From positions 43,214,001 to 43,278,000 of the forward strand of contig OX597837.1 of NCBI GenBank assembly GCA_951406725.2: 64,000 nucleotides of DNA. Reading direction: 5' to 3'. The position numbers were made by a program, and so were the translations under genes. Positions 28,645-42,223 of the stretch are shown here, piece after piece. Position 1 is the stretch's first letter. Every line of letters begins with the position of its first letter. Origin of the DNA: Octopus vulgaris. Taxonomy: Eukaryota. The notes under the pieces were generated by a model. The model searched no databases and was not told where the DNA came from. It was given only the letters and a program-made list of their open reading frames with translations.

Positions 28645-28720
28645 TTTGAAGTTTCGAGCCTACTCTCTTCTGGAAAAAATGGAAAGGTCTTTGACAGTTC
28701 GAGCCTATGCTCCTCAGAAG
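28645..28720 (-). ncRNA. Two tandem degenerate minimal hammerhead-like motifs
   Basis: Minus strand: cttCTGAGGAGCataGGCTCGAACTGTCaaag and ttttCCAGAAGAGagtaGGCTCGAAACTTCaaa. Confidence 0.45.
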
Positions 28721-28734
28721 GGCGAAAAACCTGG

Positions 28735-28909
28735 TTGGAGGCTCAATCTTTCGATTTCTTTTACAGGGCTTTAAAAAACTGAAGGACTGCTGCAATAAGT
28801 GTGTGAATCTGAGAGGGGAATATATTGAATAAAACCATAATTAACTGATCCTCCTGTATTTTCTTTTATCCAAAGCCAGGAACTTTTCAGCTCCAGCCCC
28901 TCCCACGTA
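28735..28909. mobile_element. Partial mariner-like MITE end
   Basis: Terminal aagccaggaacttttcagc...cccct...cgta resembles a mariner TIR plus TA; the partner TIR was not found. Confidence 0.35.
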
Positions 28910-29518
28910 CGCCATTAAAACTGGGCAACTGGACCTATGTGTCCCAGGCCACGTGATAGTAATGTCTAGGAGTTAATGATGACGATGATTATGAAGTAAA
29001 GGAAAGCTGGCCTTCGTGTGACTTCAGCCGAGAATGTGAAAAATCTGAAGAATTGCCTCCAAGCACTTCGTCCGACATGTCGACGATTCTGCCCGCTCGC
29101 CACCATTTTGCTACTCCCTTATTTTGGCAAACTCTAACAGTTTTGAGAACATGGGCGAGTCGATAGTATTGCTTCCCGTATTTAAATAATATTATATTTT
29201 CCTCGTCCACGAAACGGTGAAAGACACAGTTTCAAAGGTGACTACAGCGTGATTTGAATACAGAACATAACGAGAGCAAAAGCATTCACATTTTTGTTGT
29301 TGTTTCTGAAGCTCTACGACTTCTGCTAATCCATCACCTTTATAGTTTAAGGAATATTTTAAAAGATAACCTACAAGAAGAGACTGGCCAGTTCCAGAAG
29401 ATAGCAACACTTGCAACTATAAATATAAACCCCTCGCAGGATTACTTATCTTTATTCACATTTATTTATGTTTTCTAAGATCAACCAAAATTCATTTTGA
29501 AAGGAACACTTGACATAT

Positions 29519-29586
<68 letters not shown>

Positions 29587-30578
29587 CGCCATAAATAATA
29601 AGATTAACACTAGTTTCCGAAGCTGAAAGTGAGACATCATATTTATGACTGTTGTAACATTACAATAACTTTTCTTTCTACTCACTAACGACATACGACT
29701 ATTCAAATTTTATAGGCCACCCACGGCATATCCATACATCAAAGCACATATATTTGCGTGTGTGTGTGTGTGTGCAAACGTATGCGCGGTATCTATATAT
29801 ATGTATACATGAGTACAATTGTATATATGTATGTATGTATATATTATATATAAAATCTATTAGTGAATTGTATTGTAACTTGAAAAGAGGACAGAAACAT
29901 TTACTCAGAGCTTCTGTTGAGCGCTCGTTAGACATTCGTAAGTATTCAGAATACAATAGTTACCCCCAGTTGTGCTTGTGTTTCCGATGTTTGTGTTTCT
30001 GTATCTGTATGTATGCAAATGTATATATATATATATATATATATGCTTGTGTATGTGTATATATATATATACACACATATATATATAACAAAATAAGCAA
30101 CAAGTATATATATAGTCTCCGGGCAAGGTTGTTTATGGAAGACAAGCAGTCGCCCATGCATACCAGCCTCCCCTCCTCATGCCACCGGGAAAGACAAACT
30201 CCGGTAGAGTTGGTGCCAGTGGCGTCGCAACTAATTTCCACAGATGAATGACCCGAAGTAATGTGAAATAAATACCTTGTCAAGCACACAACACAGCCCG
30301 GTCCGGGGATGGCATTCACTGCCTCACGATTCTGAACTCGGCGCTCTAACCACTGAGCCATGTACCTTCAGTGACACGTGTCATATCACATTTATTGGCT
30401 GAGAATGATTTCGCTGGACTTAAGGACGGATACGTTTCTACGCTCTTTCGTGACATCAGCTACGAACTAGAAATCTGTGGCTCACAAATTTATAAGCACA
30501 ATTTCATTCTTATTTTGGAACAGCATATGGTAAGTGAGTTGCTGTTTGTAAAGTGTACTCTATATGTGCATATATATC

Positions 30579-30620
<42 letters not shown>

Positions 30621-30664
30621 GTAAAAAGTGAAAAACCACGTGCTTTCACACATCAACTTTCTCA

Positions 30665-30726
<62 letters not shown>

Positions 30727-31788
30727 TACACACACACATATATATATATATATATGTATGTATATGTATATATATGTATGTATATGTATATATATGTATG
30801 TAAATATATATAGATATACATGTATATATACATACATACATATATATGTGTGTTTGTATTCTATGTATGTATACGCATACACAATGAAAATTATTCTAGT
30901 CGATAAAGTAAAACGGTATGACACAGAAATGAATTACACACTGCGTCCACAATATACATACATTTACCGTTTACAGGTGTTGCGGTGGAGACCGGGGGGC
31001 AAAATGTAGCAACAAGAGTTCGAAAGTTTCTTCTTTGAATTATACTAAGTCATTCCTATGGAATCTTTAGGACAGGATAATTCTTTAAACAGGTCCAATA
31101 TCCGAATGTTATTTAAATGTTTATGCAGAACATTTTCATGTTCGGGATGTGAGTTATGCATTTATGCATTTCAGACAAGTTCTCAATTATTGCAGTTCAC
31201 TTGCAGAAGGAGAAGTAGAAAGTTTGGTAAATGATTCAATGTTTATGGAATCGGGCATTTGTAGTGAACATAAATAAAGAAATTATAGACATATCGCTAA
31301 ATCTTATTTGGAACACCCGATATTTTCTGTTCGATTTTGTCCAGTATGAGTAGAACCAACGTAATAAATTTATTAATATCGCTCGAACCGATACACATTT
31401 TCTCCGTATGTGCATAAGATTGAATAATTTATTTTACCTCGGCTTTAGTGCTCTTAGCTTCTGATTTTCGTAAACGTAACTAACCAAATAACCTGAATCA
31501 GGATTTTACTGTTACGTATATTTTATTGCCTTCATAAGAGAGATGCATGTAGCAAAACTAAGGAATTTTTAGCAAGAATAAACTAAATACCAAATTAAGA
31601 AAATGCGACACGGGAATACCAGAGAAATCTGGTGGACAGCGAGATTAGCGACTCTCTGCAGTTCAAGTGGTATCGGCTAATTCCTTCATTTTTTCATTTG
31701 TAGACGAAAGGAAAAATTCAAAACGTTTAGAATTAGAAAGACTTCCAAGTGCAGTATTATTATTTTTGCCTTTGTTCTTATCTTTGAA

Positions 31789-32002
31789 GGCGGTGAGCTG
31801 CCAGAATACTTAGTACGCCGGACAAAATGCTTAGTGGCATTTCTTCCGTCTCTAAGTTCCGAGTTCAAATTCTGCTGGGGTCGAGTTTGCCTCTAATCCT
31901 TTCAGGGTCGATAAAATAAGTACCAGCTGAGCACTAGGGTCGATAAAATCGATTTACCCTCACCCACGAGCTTCTTAGCGTTGTACAAAATTTGAAACCA
32001 TT
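31789..32002 (+). mobile_element. SINE family B, near full length
   Basis: ggcggtgagctg(c)cagaat head, gagttcaaattc B-box, gggtcgataaaataagtaccag, aaatttgaaaccatt tail; about 10 related copies in the window. Confidence 0.8.
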
Positions 32003-32039
32003 GTTAGTAATTTTGTCTTTGTTTTTGTTTTTTAAGGCC

Positions 32040-32422
32040 TATTTCGCCTGTCTTAACGTTCTGAGTTCGAATTCCGCCGAGGTCGACTTTGCTTTTCATA
32101 TTTTTGGGGGTCGATTAAATAAGTACCAGTAACGCACTGGGGTCGATATAATAGACTTAATCTGTTTGTCTGTTCTTGTTTGTCCTCTCTGTGTTTAGCC
32201 CCTTGTGAGTAGTAAAGAAATAGGTATTTTGTCTGCTACTACGTTGTGAGTTCAAATTCCGCCGAGGTCAACTTTGCCTTTCATCCTTTCGGGGTCGATT
32301 AAATAAGTACCAGTTACGCACTGGGTCGATATAATCAACTCAATCCGTTTGTCTGTCCTTGTTTGTCCCCTATGTGTTTAACCCCTTGTGGGTAGTAAAG
32401 AAATATGTATTTCGTCTGTCCT
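32040..32422 (+). repeat. Tandem ~185-bp units derived from SINE family B
   Basis: The unit tatttcg...gagttc(g/a)aattccgccgaggtc...ccccttgtg(a/g)gtagtaaagaaata occurs twice, plus the start of a third. Confidence 0.85.
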
Positions 32423-32844
32423 TAATAGAATAAGCATCAGGCTTAAAAACGAAACATGTATGGGGGTGGGGTCGATTCATTCAATAAAAATACTCTTCAA
32501 AGCAGAGCTTCAGCATGACCACAGCCAATGACTGAAACAAATATATGATAAAAATTAGTTGATAAAATAGGTTTTAATTCTAATTATATCAAAAATATAT
32601 TCCAGTCGTTCTGAGTTCAAATTCCGCCGAGACCGACTTTGCCTTTCATTCTATTGGGGGGTCGATAAATTAACTACCAGTTGCGTACTGGGGCTCATCT
32701 AATCAACTGGCATCCTCCTCCAAAATTTTGGACCTTGTGCCTAGACATCTTTTCTGTCAGAGCTAATCTGTAGATAAACAGTAACAACGGCAATAGTAGA
32801 ATTTATGAGCTGATATATGCGGATTCTAGCTTTTATTGTTAGTG

Positions 32845-33235
32845 ACTGGATTCTGCCCATGCTGGGGCACTATCTTGAAGGATTTAGTCGAACAAATATA
32901 CCCCAGTACTTACCTTTATGTTTGGTGCTTACCCTACCGAACTCTTTTGCCGAATCGCTAAATTGTGGGGACGTGAATAAACCAACACCGATTCTCAAGC
33001 ATTGTGAGGGGAGAAACACACATACGCACGCACACACAGGCACACACTTCATACCCACGTACGCATAGCTCTGTATACGACGGGCTTCCGCACAGTTTCT
33101 GTCTATCAAATTCCCGCACATGTCATTCGTCGGCTGAAGTCAAGGTAGGAAACAAATGCCCATGGTGCCGAGTAGTGGGACTGAACCTGAAATGATGTGG
33201 TTACAAGGCGAACTTCTTAAGCCCACAGCCATACG
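32845..33235 (-). mobile_element. SINE family A copy (diverged)
   Basis: Reverse-complement matches to tail, body and head. Confidence 0.7.
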
Positions 33236-34418
33236 TCCATATCTCGTATTATAGTTTAGTTCATCGTTTATATACGAACGCGTATTACTATGTAACAAAA
33301 TTTTTATTTGTTTTTTGTCTATGGTCAGTAAATGTTATTTCATATTAGCTTGTATCTAGAAATCAAAGGAAATGACCACTATCCCCTTCAAACTTTGCTT
33401 TTTTCGACTGGATATCACTGCTTTGAAACCGACCTACTTTCCATTACAGATTCAGTGCTGAGTTGCTGAAGCAGAAATATCGTTATAGCAAATATTCTGC
33501 TCAATATCACAGCTTTGCTAGTCAGTTACTTGACCCTAACCACTTGAGCATGTCCCTTAGTGGCTAACAATATGTCCATCTCTGATCGTGAGCAGGAGTA
33601 GTTTGGGGTGCATCATAGCTATGTGTTGAAAGGGATTCTTTGGGATTTGAGTAAATGTAACAAAAGCAAAGTTAGAAGGAAATATTAGCTGTTTTCCGTA
33701 CTTTCTAGGGGTAAGCTAATACGAAATAACAGTTACTGCCTAAGGACAAAACCCATGTTACACGGTATCATTTAGCAGGCTTGGCAGCCATCTTTGACAT
33801 TTGACGATTTCCTGCGAGGAACTAAATCTGATTTTTCCTTCGTTTTCGTAAAAATTCTGTACACAAAAACACAAACAACAGTTTCAAAATGACTCGACAA
33901 ATTTTCTAGAAAATGTCTTACCTAAGCTTTCTCAGCATATCTATAAATTATATGAATGATGAGATTTAAAAAAATCTGCCGGCGGTCATCCGTTGAAAAC
34001 TTCCTCGAAAACTAACCGTGGATTTTAATGACATTCCGATAGCAATCTCACGTTGAGAAGTCGTTGTTCTGTTAGCGCTGTTTTATATGTTTTTCCCTTA
34101 TTTTTTTTCTTTATTTGTTTTAGTTTGTCGTTTTTTTTTTATTTTCCGAGAATTACGAAGCTCAACGGAGACACAAATCTTAGAAAGATTTTCCCCTGGA
34201 AAGAACACAGCCAATACGTTATTGATTTTATATTTCCTATATGCACTGATGTCGCTGATGTATACATTTTAAAACTAAATTTTGTATCCAGTAGAATAAC
34301 TAATACTGCACTGCGTATATAGGATTATAAACAAACATATACATACATTCAGAAACGCGTGCACACGCCCATACACACAAAACGCACACATACACACGCT
34401 CACGCACGCATAAACACA

Positions 34419-34472
<54 letters not shown>

Positions 34473-34480
34473 AATTTAAA

Positions 34481-34778
34481 TAATGAGGGAGATAAATTGA
34501 ATATTAATTTAATTAATATCAATTTAAAACTAGTAGCCTAGCGTATAAAAATCTGAAAAATCAGAAAAGATTCAATACATGTGTATATTTAGGGATAAAC
34601 CACTATGTGGATAACCAATATGCTAGAAGAAGATCATATACGATTTAACTACAAAGAAAAGAATGTTCTCCAGAGAAACATTCATTCGCTGGAGAACATT
34701 CTTTCCTTTGTAGTTAGATCGTATGTGATCTTCTTCTAGAGTATTGGTTATCCCCCTAGTAGTTTATCCCTAAATATG

Positions 34779-34786
<8 letters not shown>
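34481..34786 (-). mobile_element. Fold-back element in (TA)n: ~100-bp inverted arms plus unique extension
   Basis: Arms 34576-34677 and 34685-34786 are reverse complements with mismatches; the extension aatgagggagataaattgaat... is shared with 39597-39783. Confidence 0.75.
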
Positions 34787-34820
<34 letters not shown>

Positions 34821-35431
34821 AATACACGTATACATTTATGGTTATATGTATAGCGTATGTGTGTGCGAATGTATGTGTCCTAGTGGTTAAGGTGTTGGGT
34901 TCATGATCGGAAGATTATGGTTTCGAAACTGGGTAACGCGTTGTATTCTTGAGCAGAATACATCATTTCGCTTTTGCTCCACTTCACTCAGTTGAGGAAA
35001 ACAAGTAACCAGTTTTATTAAGAAACACCACACATACATATCTATACTCTCTCTCACTCCCTCTCTCCCTTTCTCTCTCTCTCACACACACACATACGAT
35101 CCACTACGTGGCACCTTGGGCAAGTGTCTTCTACTATAGCCTAGGACCGACAAAAGCCTTGTGTGTGGATTTCGTCGACGTGTGTGTGTGTATTGTGTGT
35201 CTGTTTATCACCCCAAAATCACTTGACAACCGATGTTGGTCTGTTTAAGTCCCTATAACTTAGCGGTTCGGCAAAATAATCCGATAGAATAAGTACTAAG
35301 CCTACAAAGAATAAGTCCTGGGCTCGATTTGTTCGAATAAAGGCGATTTATTCGACTAAACCTTTCAAAGGGATACTGTAGTATGGTCGCACTCTAATGA
35401 CTAAAATACATGTGTCCACACATATAGTATA

Positions 35432-35792
35432 CGAGTAAAATGCGCCCCGTCCAATGGGCGGTGCTGAGTTGTCAAACATTTAAACCAAATTTTCTCAAAA
35501 CAACTTGTCCGACCGTCCCATAGGCCTCCTCTTTGAGAAACACTGATTTAGCCTAAATTTGAGACACCAGCAAAAGACGGATTTCGACTGATGTACTTGC
35601 TAGTACAAATGCACGTTCCCATGGCTTTATCGATCGCATTCTCACCTGGAATCGATTTTTGTAATTTTTTGAAGACTTATACACACTCTGATACCGTCGG
35701 TATCTACGTATCAGATTTGAGCGCCATCGGATGGAGGATGCCCGAGATCCTAGAAGACACACGCACAGACAGAACGGATTTTATATAATAGA
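35432..35792 (-). mobile_element. Helitron-like non-autonomous element
   Basis: The minus strand starts A|TCTATTATATAAAATCCG and ends with hairpin CGCCCattggacGGGGCG, then CTCG|T (variant of CTRR). Confidence 0.6.
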
Positions 35793-36567
35793 TTAGTATG
35801 TATGTATAAAGATTGCCAAGTGTTTACTTCTTGTATGTATAGATATGTGCATCAGAGAAGTGATCATTCATAATCACATGAATGAACATACACACATATA
35901 TCTTTAGTCATTTATCTTTTACATGTTTCAGTCATTGGACTGCAGCCATGCTGGCGCACCGCCTTGGAAAGTTTAATCAAAAGAATCGGCTTGCTACGTT
36001 TTGAGTTCAAATCCCGTCAAGGATACGGTTGCATTTTATTCCTTCAGGTTCGATAAATTAAAGTACCAATGAATTAGTAGGGTTCGTGGTATAAACTAAA
36101 CAACTGTCCTGTTAATTGCTAGCCTCGTGCGAAATTACAAACCATATATGTATGTATATATGTATGTACGTGTGTATGCAAGTACGTGTGTATGTTTGTA
36201 CGTGTGTATGTATGTACGTGTGTATGTATGTATTCATGTATGTATATATATATGCATATATATATACATATATATACAAAAATAATATGTATATATTATA
36301 CATATATATATATGTATATATATATTTATATATACACATACAGATATATGTATATATATATATGTATGCATATATATATATATATATACAGTTTTATATA
36401 TATAGTATTTAATCATGTCAAAGGGAAATGGAATTTAATTAAAATTAAAACATTCAATCAAAATTTACATTTCCAGTAGTCTAACGTGCAAAAAAAATTA
36501 GTCAAGAAGACTATATATTAGTCATACGATATAGTGTATAAATATACACTATATCGTATATATATAT

Positions 36568-36668
<101 letters not shown>

Positions 36669-37429
36669 CATATATATATGTATGTATGTGTATATGTATA
36701 TATACATATATAGGAATCTACATTTGTGAGTGTGTTTATGTACAGAGAAAAACACAAAGTTTTCCGGTAGCCGAATTTCTCACATAGGGTCACAGTAGGA
36801 GACCCCTGCTCAAACTGCCGAGCATTGAAATAGAGACCATAACCAAATGATAGCAAAGGAAACTTCATAACCGCAAAACCAATTCCCTTTGCATATTTAG
36901 ATATTTATATTTAAATAAATGCATAAATGAAAGGATTATAAAAGCCCTCTTCTTCTCTTCTTATCCATCATTACATTTATCTATGTTTAAATCCTTCTGG
37001 AAAACGAAAAAATATAACACAAATATATCAGCGAAAGAAAGCGATAAAAATCTTAAAAGATGTTTTTGATGAAAAATAACAAATCAAATAAATATTACTT
37101 CAGCAGCAAAATTTTGAATTATTAATTGGAATAGCAGAAAATAAGACAGAAAATGCTTGAAATGAATTAAAACAAGATTAATAAAAGCCAGAACATATTT
37201 TTTCTTTCTTTCTTTCAAATTATAATGGTACAAATGATAGTTGATAATAAATGTCACGTGTAATAAATGTCGCTGTTTTAGTTATTAACTTTAATGGCGT
37301 CCATATTGCTTTTCATCGTGTAGCCAGGCAACGGCTTTGAAAGTAATCCATGTTTATGCTGAAAACGGAACGCAGCTTTTCTTCTTTTCCTAATATGCAT
37401 ATAGGCGCCGCATTAATAATGTGTGTGTT

Positions 37430-37487
37430 TGCATGTATGTATGTATGTATGTATGTATGTATGTATGTATGTATGTATGTACGTATG

Positions 37488-37518
<31 letters not shown>

Positions 37519-37890
37519 GTATGTAAGTATGTATGTATGTATTATGTATGTATGTATGTATGTGCATCTGTATGAACATGTGAATGTATGTAAGCATGTA
37601 TGTATGTATGTATGTATGTATGTACGTATGTACGTATGTACGTACGTATGTATGTATGTATGTAAGTATGTAAGTATGTATGTATGTATTATGTATGTAT
37701 GTATGTATGTGCATCTGTATGAACATGTGAATGTATGTAAGCATGTATGTATGTATGTATGTATGTATGTATGTATGCATGTACGCATGTACGCATGTAT
37801 GTGAGTGTGTGTATGTATGTATGTATGTATGCATGTACGCATGTACGCATGAATGTGAGTGTGTGTATGTATGTATGTATGTATGTATGG
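37430..37890. repeat. (TATG)n tract with ~147-bp higher-order duplication
   Basis: The variant block gtgcatctgtatgaacatgtgaatgtatgtaagcatg occurs twice. Confidence 0.9.
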
Positions 37891-38591
37891 CTGGATAGCT
37901 GGATACATGTATGCATGGATGTATCCATGTATATGTTTATATATGCAGACCTATATATATATATATATATATGTTTTATTGCATGTGTATGAACGTATGC
38001 ATCTATGTATGTATGCACACATATATATATATACACACACACACACACATATACATATATATATACACATATGTGTGTGTATGTGTGAGTGAGTATGTAT
38101 GTATGTATGTTCTCATCATATTCTACAAATAGAAAGAACTGGTTTCTAATCCACAAAGAAAGATCTTTAATTGGAATTCAAAGAACATGAGCTCGGCAGG
38201 CACGTATATACGTCGATATCGAGGCATGCATGTAAATATCTACACGTATATATATGTCTGCTTGTAAAGAACTATGAATTAAAAATATGCATGCATACGT
38301 AAAACAGTGCATATATGTATGTATGTATATATATATATATATATATGTCGGTTTGTATTTTTGAATGTATGCGTGTTCTAGTATGATAGTATATATGCAT
38401 ATGTGTATGGATGTATATATTACATAAGTATATACGTATTTCTTTATGAATATATGTGGTTTTTTTGGGAGGGTTTTTATTTCAATCTTTTCAGAATTCA
38501 TGAACATCGCTTACATATTAAAAGGGATTTTCCATTCAAGTTAAGACGATTGCAGGAATTTGCAAATATGTAACCGAAAGACTGTGTGCAC

Positions 38592-38642
<51 letters not shown>

Positions 38643-38680
38643 TGTATGTATGTATGTATGTATGTATGTATGTATGTATG

Positions 38681-38744
<64 letters not shown>

Positions 38745-39547
38745 CGTACTTGCATTCGGAAGTTTTTGCTCCCTTACTGTTTCTGTAAAACTTTGTGTAT
38801 GCTGTACGCTTGGATGGTTATATGATGTGTATTGAATGAAATTCAAAAGCCAAATCTTAATTTTGGAATGCTTTAAGTATCTTCTCTATGCCAGTAATCG
38901 ACCGCATTTAGAGAATTTGTATCTGTTTTGTTTATTCTTGAAAACCCCAGTATTTTTCGGACCTTGAAGCAAATCTGATGTTGCTTAGCATTTTGAACCC
39001 AGGATATCAGACACAAATGAAAATCTATAGCTTGGCGTCAACAGATGAACATTCGTTATTAAATGAGCACAGGTGTTCTATTTATCGTCTAATTTAGACA
39101 AGATATTCCCATCCGTTGGGCAGCTGGTCTCTTTCACAGTTCAGGTGTGTTGTCATGCAGAAGATTGCTGCGTTTATTACACCGGTTTTCTTTGATTTTT
39201 ACTTATTGTAAAATATGAGAGGCTTCCTTCTGTTTCTGTTATGTCTTTGGTATGGCAGTCAGGAAAAATAAGCATCGTAATTCTAGACAGACGAGTGTGC
39301 TGAGTCGAAGCAGCATTCAGAAAATGAACGCATAAAATGGAACCGGTTTTTTATGCTTTACAAATGTACTCATATTTCGTCCGTCCATCCATCCATCCAT
39401 CCATCCATCCATCCATCCATCCATCCATCCATCCATCCATCCATCCATCCATACATACATACATATATACATACATACGTACGTATATACATACATACGC
39501 ACGTACATAAATACCTACATACATATGTGTATATACATACTTTTATA

Positions 39548-39593
<46 letters not shown>

Positions 39594-39596
39594 AAT

Positions 39597-39783
39597 AATG
39601 AGGGAGATAAATTGAATATTAATTCAATTAACATCAATGTAAAACCAATAGCCTAGCATATAAAAAATCTAACAAATCAGAAAAAAATTTCAGTACATGT
39701 GTATATTTAGGGCTAGCAAATCCATATGCTCTTCTAGCATATGGCTATCCACCAAGTGGATTTTTTAGCCCTAAATATACACA
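39597..39783 (-). mobile_element. Second copy of the 34481 fold-back family (shorter arms)
   Basis: Same extension; inverted repeat tgtgtatatttagggcta / tagccctaaatatacaca with inner hairpin ccatatgct / agcatatgg; follows a (TA)n tract. Confidence 0.7.
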
Positions 39784-39790
39784 CACTCAC

Positions 39791-39824
<34 letters not shown>

Positions 39825-39863
39825 ATATATATATACACACACACACACATATATATATATATT

Positions 39864-39902
<39 letters not shown>

Positions 39903-40341
39903 CTGTATTTATCTGTCTGTATGTATGTGTTTATGTATATATAAATGTATTCTCTCCGGCCATTTTCCTCAGTGGTAAGATATTCATTTAAAAAGAAGTT
40001 TGTATTCTTGTCACAAAATAAAACAATCAATAACCCTTTTTTTCTTGCATCCTGGAGCGATTTCCCCGAGTGCATCGCACGAATTCTGTAGAAATTTTGT
40101 AATTAAGCCATTATTCTTAATTTCCCCATTATTTATGGTAAGCATAAAGCAATATCACGAGACACCAAATTAAAGATTAGAAAATAAGAAGGAGTGAAGG
40201 AAAAAGGAAAATGTTGATAAGGAGTCATGAGAAACTAAGCATTTAAAAGCCATTATGTGTTAATCTAAGGAAATATAAGATGTCAAGTGAAGTTTTGTGT
40301 GTTTCTTAAATGGCTTATAAACACCTTCCACGCTGCAATTG

Positions 40342-40394
<53 letters not shown>

Positions 40395-40448
40395 GTGAAT
40401 TGAAGAAATGGAGTTGAACGAAGATTGAACAGAAATCGTTTTATTGCA

Positions 40449-40528
40449 TTCTACACGTGTTTCGAAAGCCACAATTTACCAAATTCCGATTGAATAAGGA
40501 GACCATATTGTGTCTTTCTCTTCAGGAA
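40449..40528 (-). ncRNA. Type I hammerhead ribozyme motif (mirror copy)
   Basis: Exact reverse complement of 40804-40883. Confidence 0.7.
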
Positions 40529-40803
40529 GAAATAGGAAATCGTTGGCAAAAACAAAAACAGAACAGAGGCGCAGCGAAACAAATCGAACGAGGATCCTAA
40601 GAGCCCATGGCCAGACTGTTTATCAATGTATGTTGAAATCGGGTGGTGGGTGCGTTGAAGATTTTAAAATCTTCAACGCACCCACCACCCGATTTCAACA
40701 TACATTGATAAACAGTCTGGCCATGGGCTCTTAGGATCCTCGTTCGATTTGTTTCGCTGCGCCTCTGTTCTGTTTTTGTTTTTGCCAACGGATTTCCTAT
40801 TTC

Positions 40804-40883
40804 TTCCTGAAGAGAAAGACACAATATGGTCTCCTTATTCAATCGGAATTTGGTAAATTGTGGCTTTCGAAACACGTGTAGAA
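40804..40883 (+). ncRNA. Type I hammerhead ribozyme motif (Penelope-type, minimal helix III)
   Basis: ttc-CTGAAGA-[gaaagacacaat...attgtggctttc helix II]-GAAAC-acgt-GTA-gaa: complete core, GUA cleavage triplet, palindromic ACACGTGT helix III, 3-bp helix I. Confidence 0.7.
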
Positions 40884-41097
40884 TGCAATAAAACGATTTC
40901 TGTTCAATCTTCGTTCAACTCCATTTCTTCAATTCACTAATAATATTAAAATTCAATTATCCGCACCAACGCATGGTTGCAACACCATATGGTTGTACCT
41001 CCAACCGTGCTGTCTTCTGCTGTGATTTTTGCTACCAAGGTATCGGTTAAACTTTTGATTAATCTGCAATAAGATTATTCATCTTTCTATTTCACAA

Positions 41098-41130
<33 letters not shown>

Positions 41131-41133
41131 GGA

Positions 41134-41315
41134 GACGCAGGAATGGCTGTGTGGTAAGTAGATTGCTTACCAACAACATAGTTCCGGATTCAGTCCCACT
41201 GCGTGGCATCTTGGACATGTGTGTTCAACTACAGCCTAGGGCCGACTAAATCCCTGTGAGTGGATTTGGTAGACGGAAACTGAAAGAAGCTCATCGTATA
41301 TACATATACATATAC

Positions 41316-41347
<32 letters not shown>

Positions 41348-41550
41348 ATGTATATGTGTGTCTGTGTTTGTCCCCCTACTATCACGCGACAACCAATGTA
41401 GGTGTGTTCACGTCCTCGTAATCTAGCGGTTCGACTAAAGACAACGGTACTAGGCTTACAAAGAATAAGTCCTGGCATCGATTTTGCTCGACTAAAGGCG
41501 GTGCTCCAGTATGACCGCAGTCAAATGACTGAAAAAATAAAAGAATGAAA
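41134..41550 (+). mobile_element. SINE family A copy
   Basis: Head, core, internal microsatellite and tail present. Confidence 0.88.
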
Positions 41551-42119
41551 GCCTAAAAGAATATGCAAATGAGATTTATTATTTTAATTCATTTTTTCTT
41601 TCGTAAACTATAAAATACATCATATCTGTCAAATATAATAGAAAGAAAAATAGCAATTTCTTCTAAGTCTATTTTGATTACGTTTGAAGTACAGTTTTGA
41701 TTAAATTGCAGGATTTCAAAGGAATTTTAAAAATTCATTGCTTTTGTTTAATATAACAATAAATTTTCAAATATGCTGACTAACACGGTAGAATTTCTAC
41801 GAGTCCGGCTAGTCATATATAAATGTATACGTTGATATGCATTCTAATAAATATAGATAATTTTAGCATACAAACATACGCACAGATACACACACTCATG
41901 CATACACAGGTGTATATTTGGCGGCAGTGATGAAGCCAGTGGTCAGTTTACAATCCAAATTCTCCAGAGAATTGTAAATGAAGAAGCATTCAAGAAGGGT
42001 CATAAATATTCACACACATACACTCACACACGCACGTAAATTTGTGTACATTTTTGTGTATGTGTATGTGTATATTTACAGATTCATACATATGCATACA
42101 CACATACATAAATAAATAA

Positions 42120-42191
<72 letters not shown>

Positions 42192-42223
42192 AAAGTATAT
42201 ATATGCCTAGATATATATATAAA

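Larger units (their letters stand above)
40391..41099 (+). mobile_element. Penelope-like non-autonomous insertion: 551-bp palindrome plus 3' extension, in (TA)n
   Basis: 40391-40665 is the reverse complement of 40666-40941 (no spacer, one 1-nt indel seen); HHR motif and AATAAA in each arm; (TA)n on both sides. Confidence 0.8.

Noticed and set aside
40510-40875. Two ORFs with identical C-termini on opposite strands
   Set aside because: A consequence of the palindrome; not recognisable proteins.
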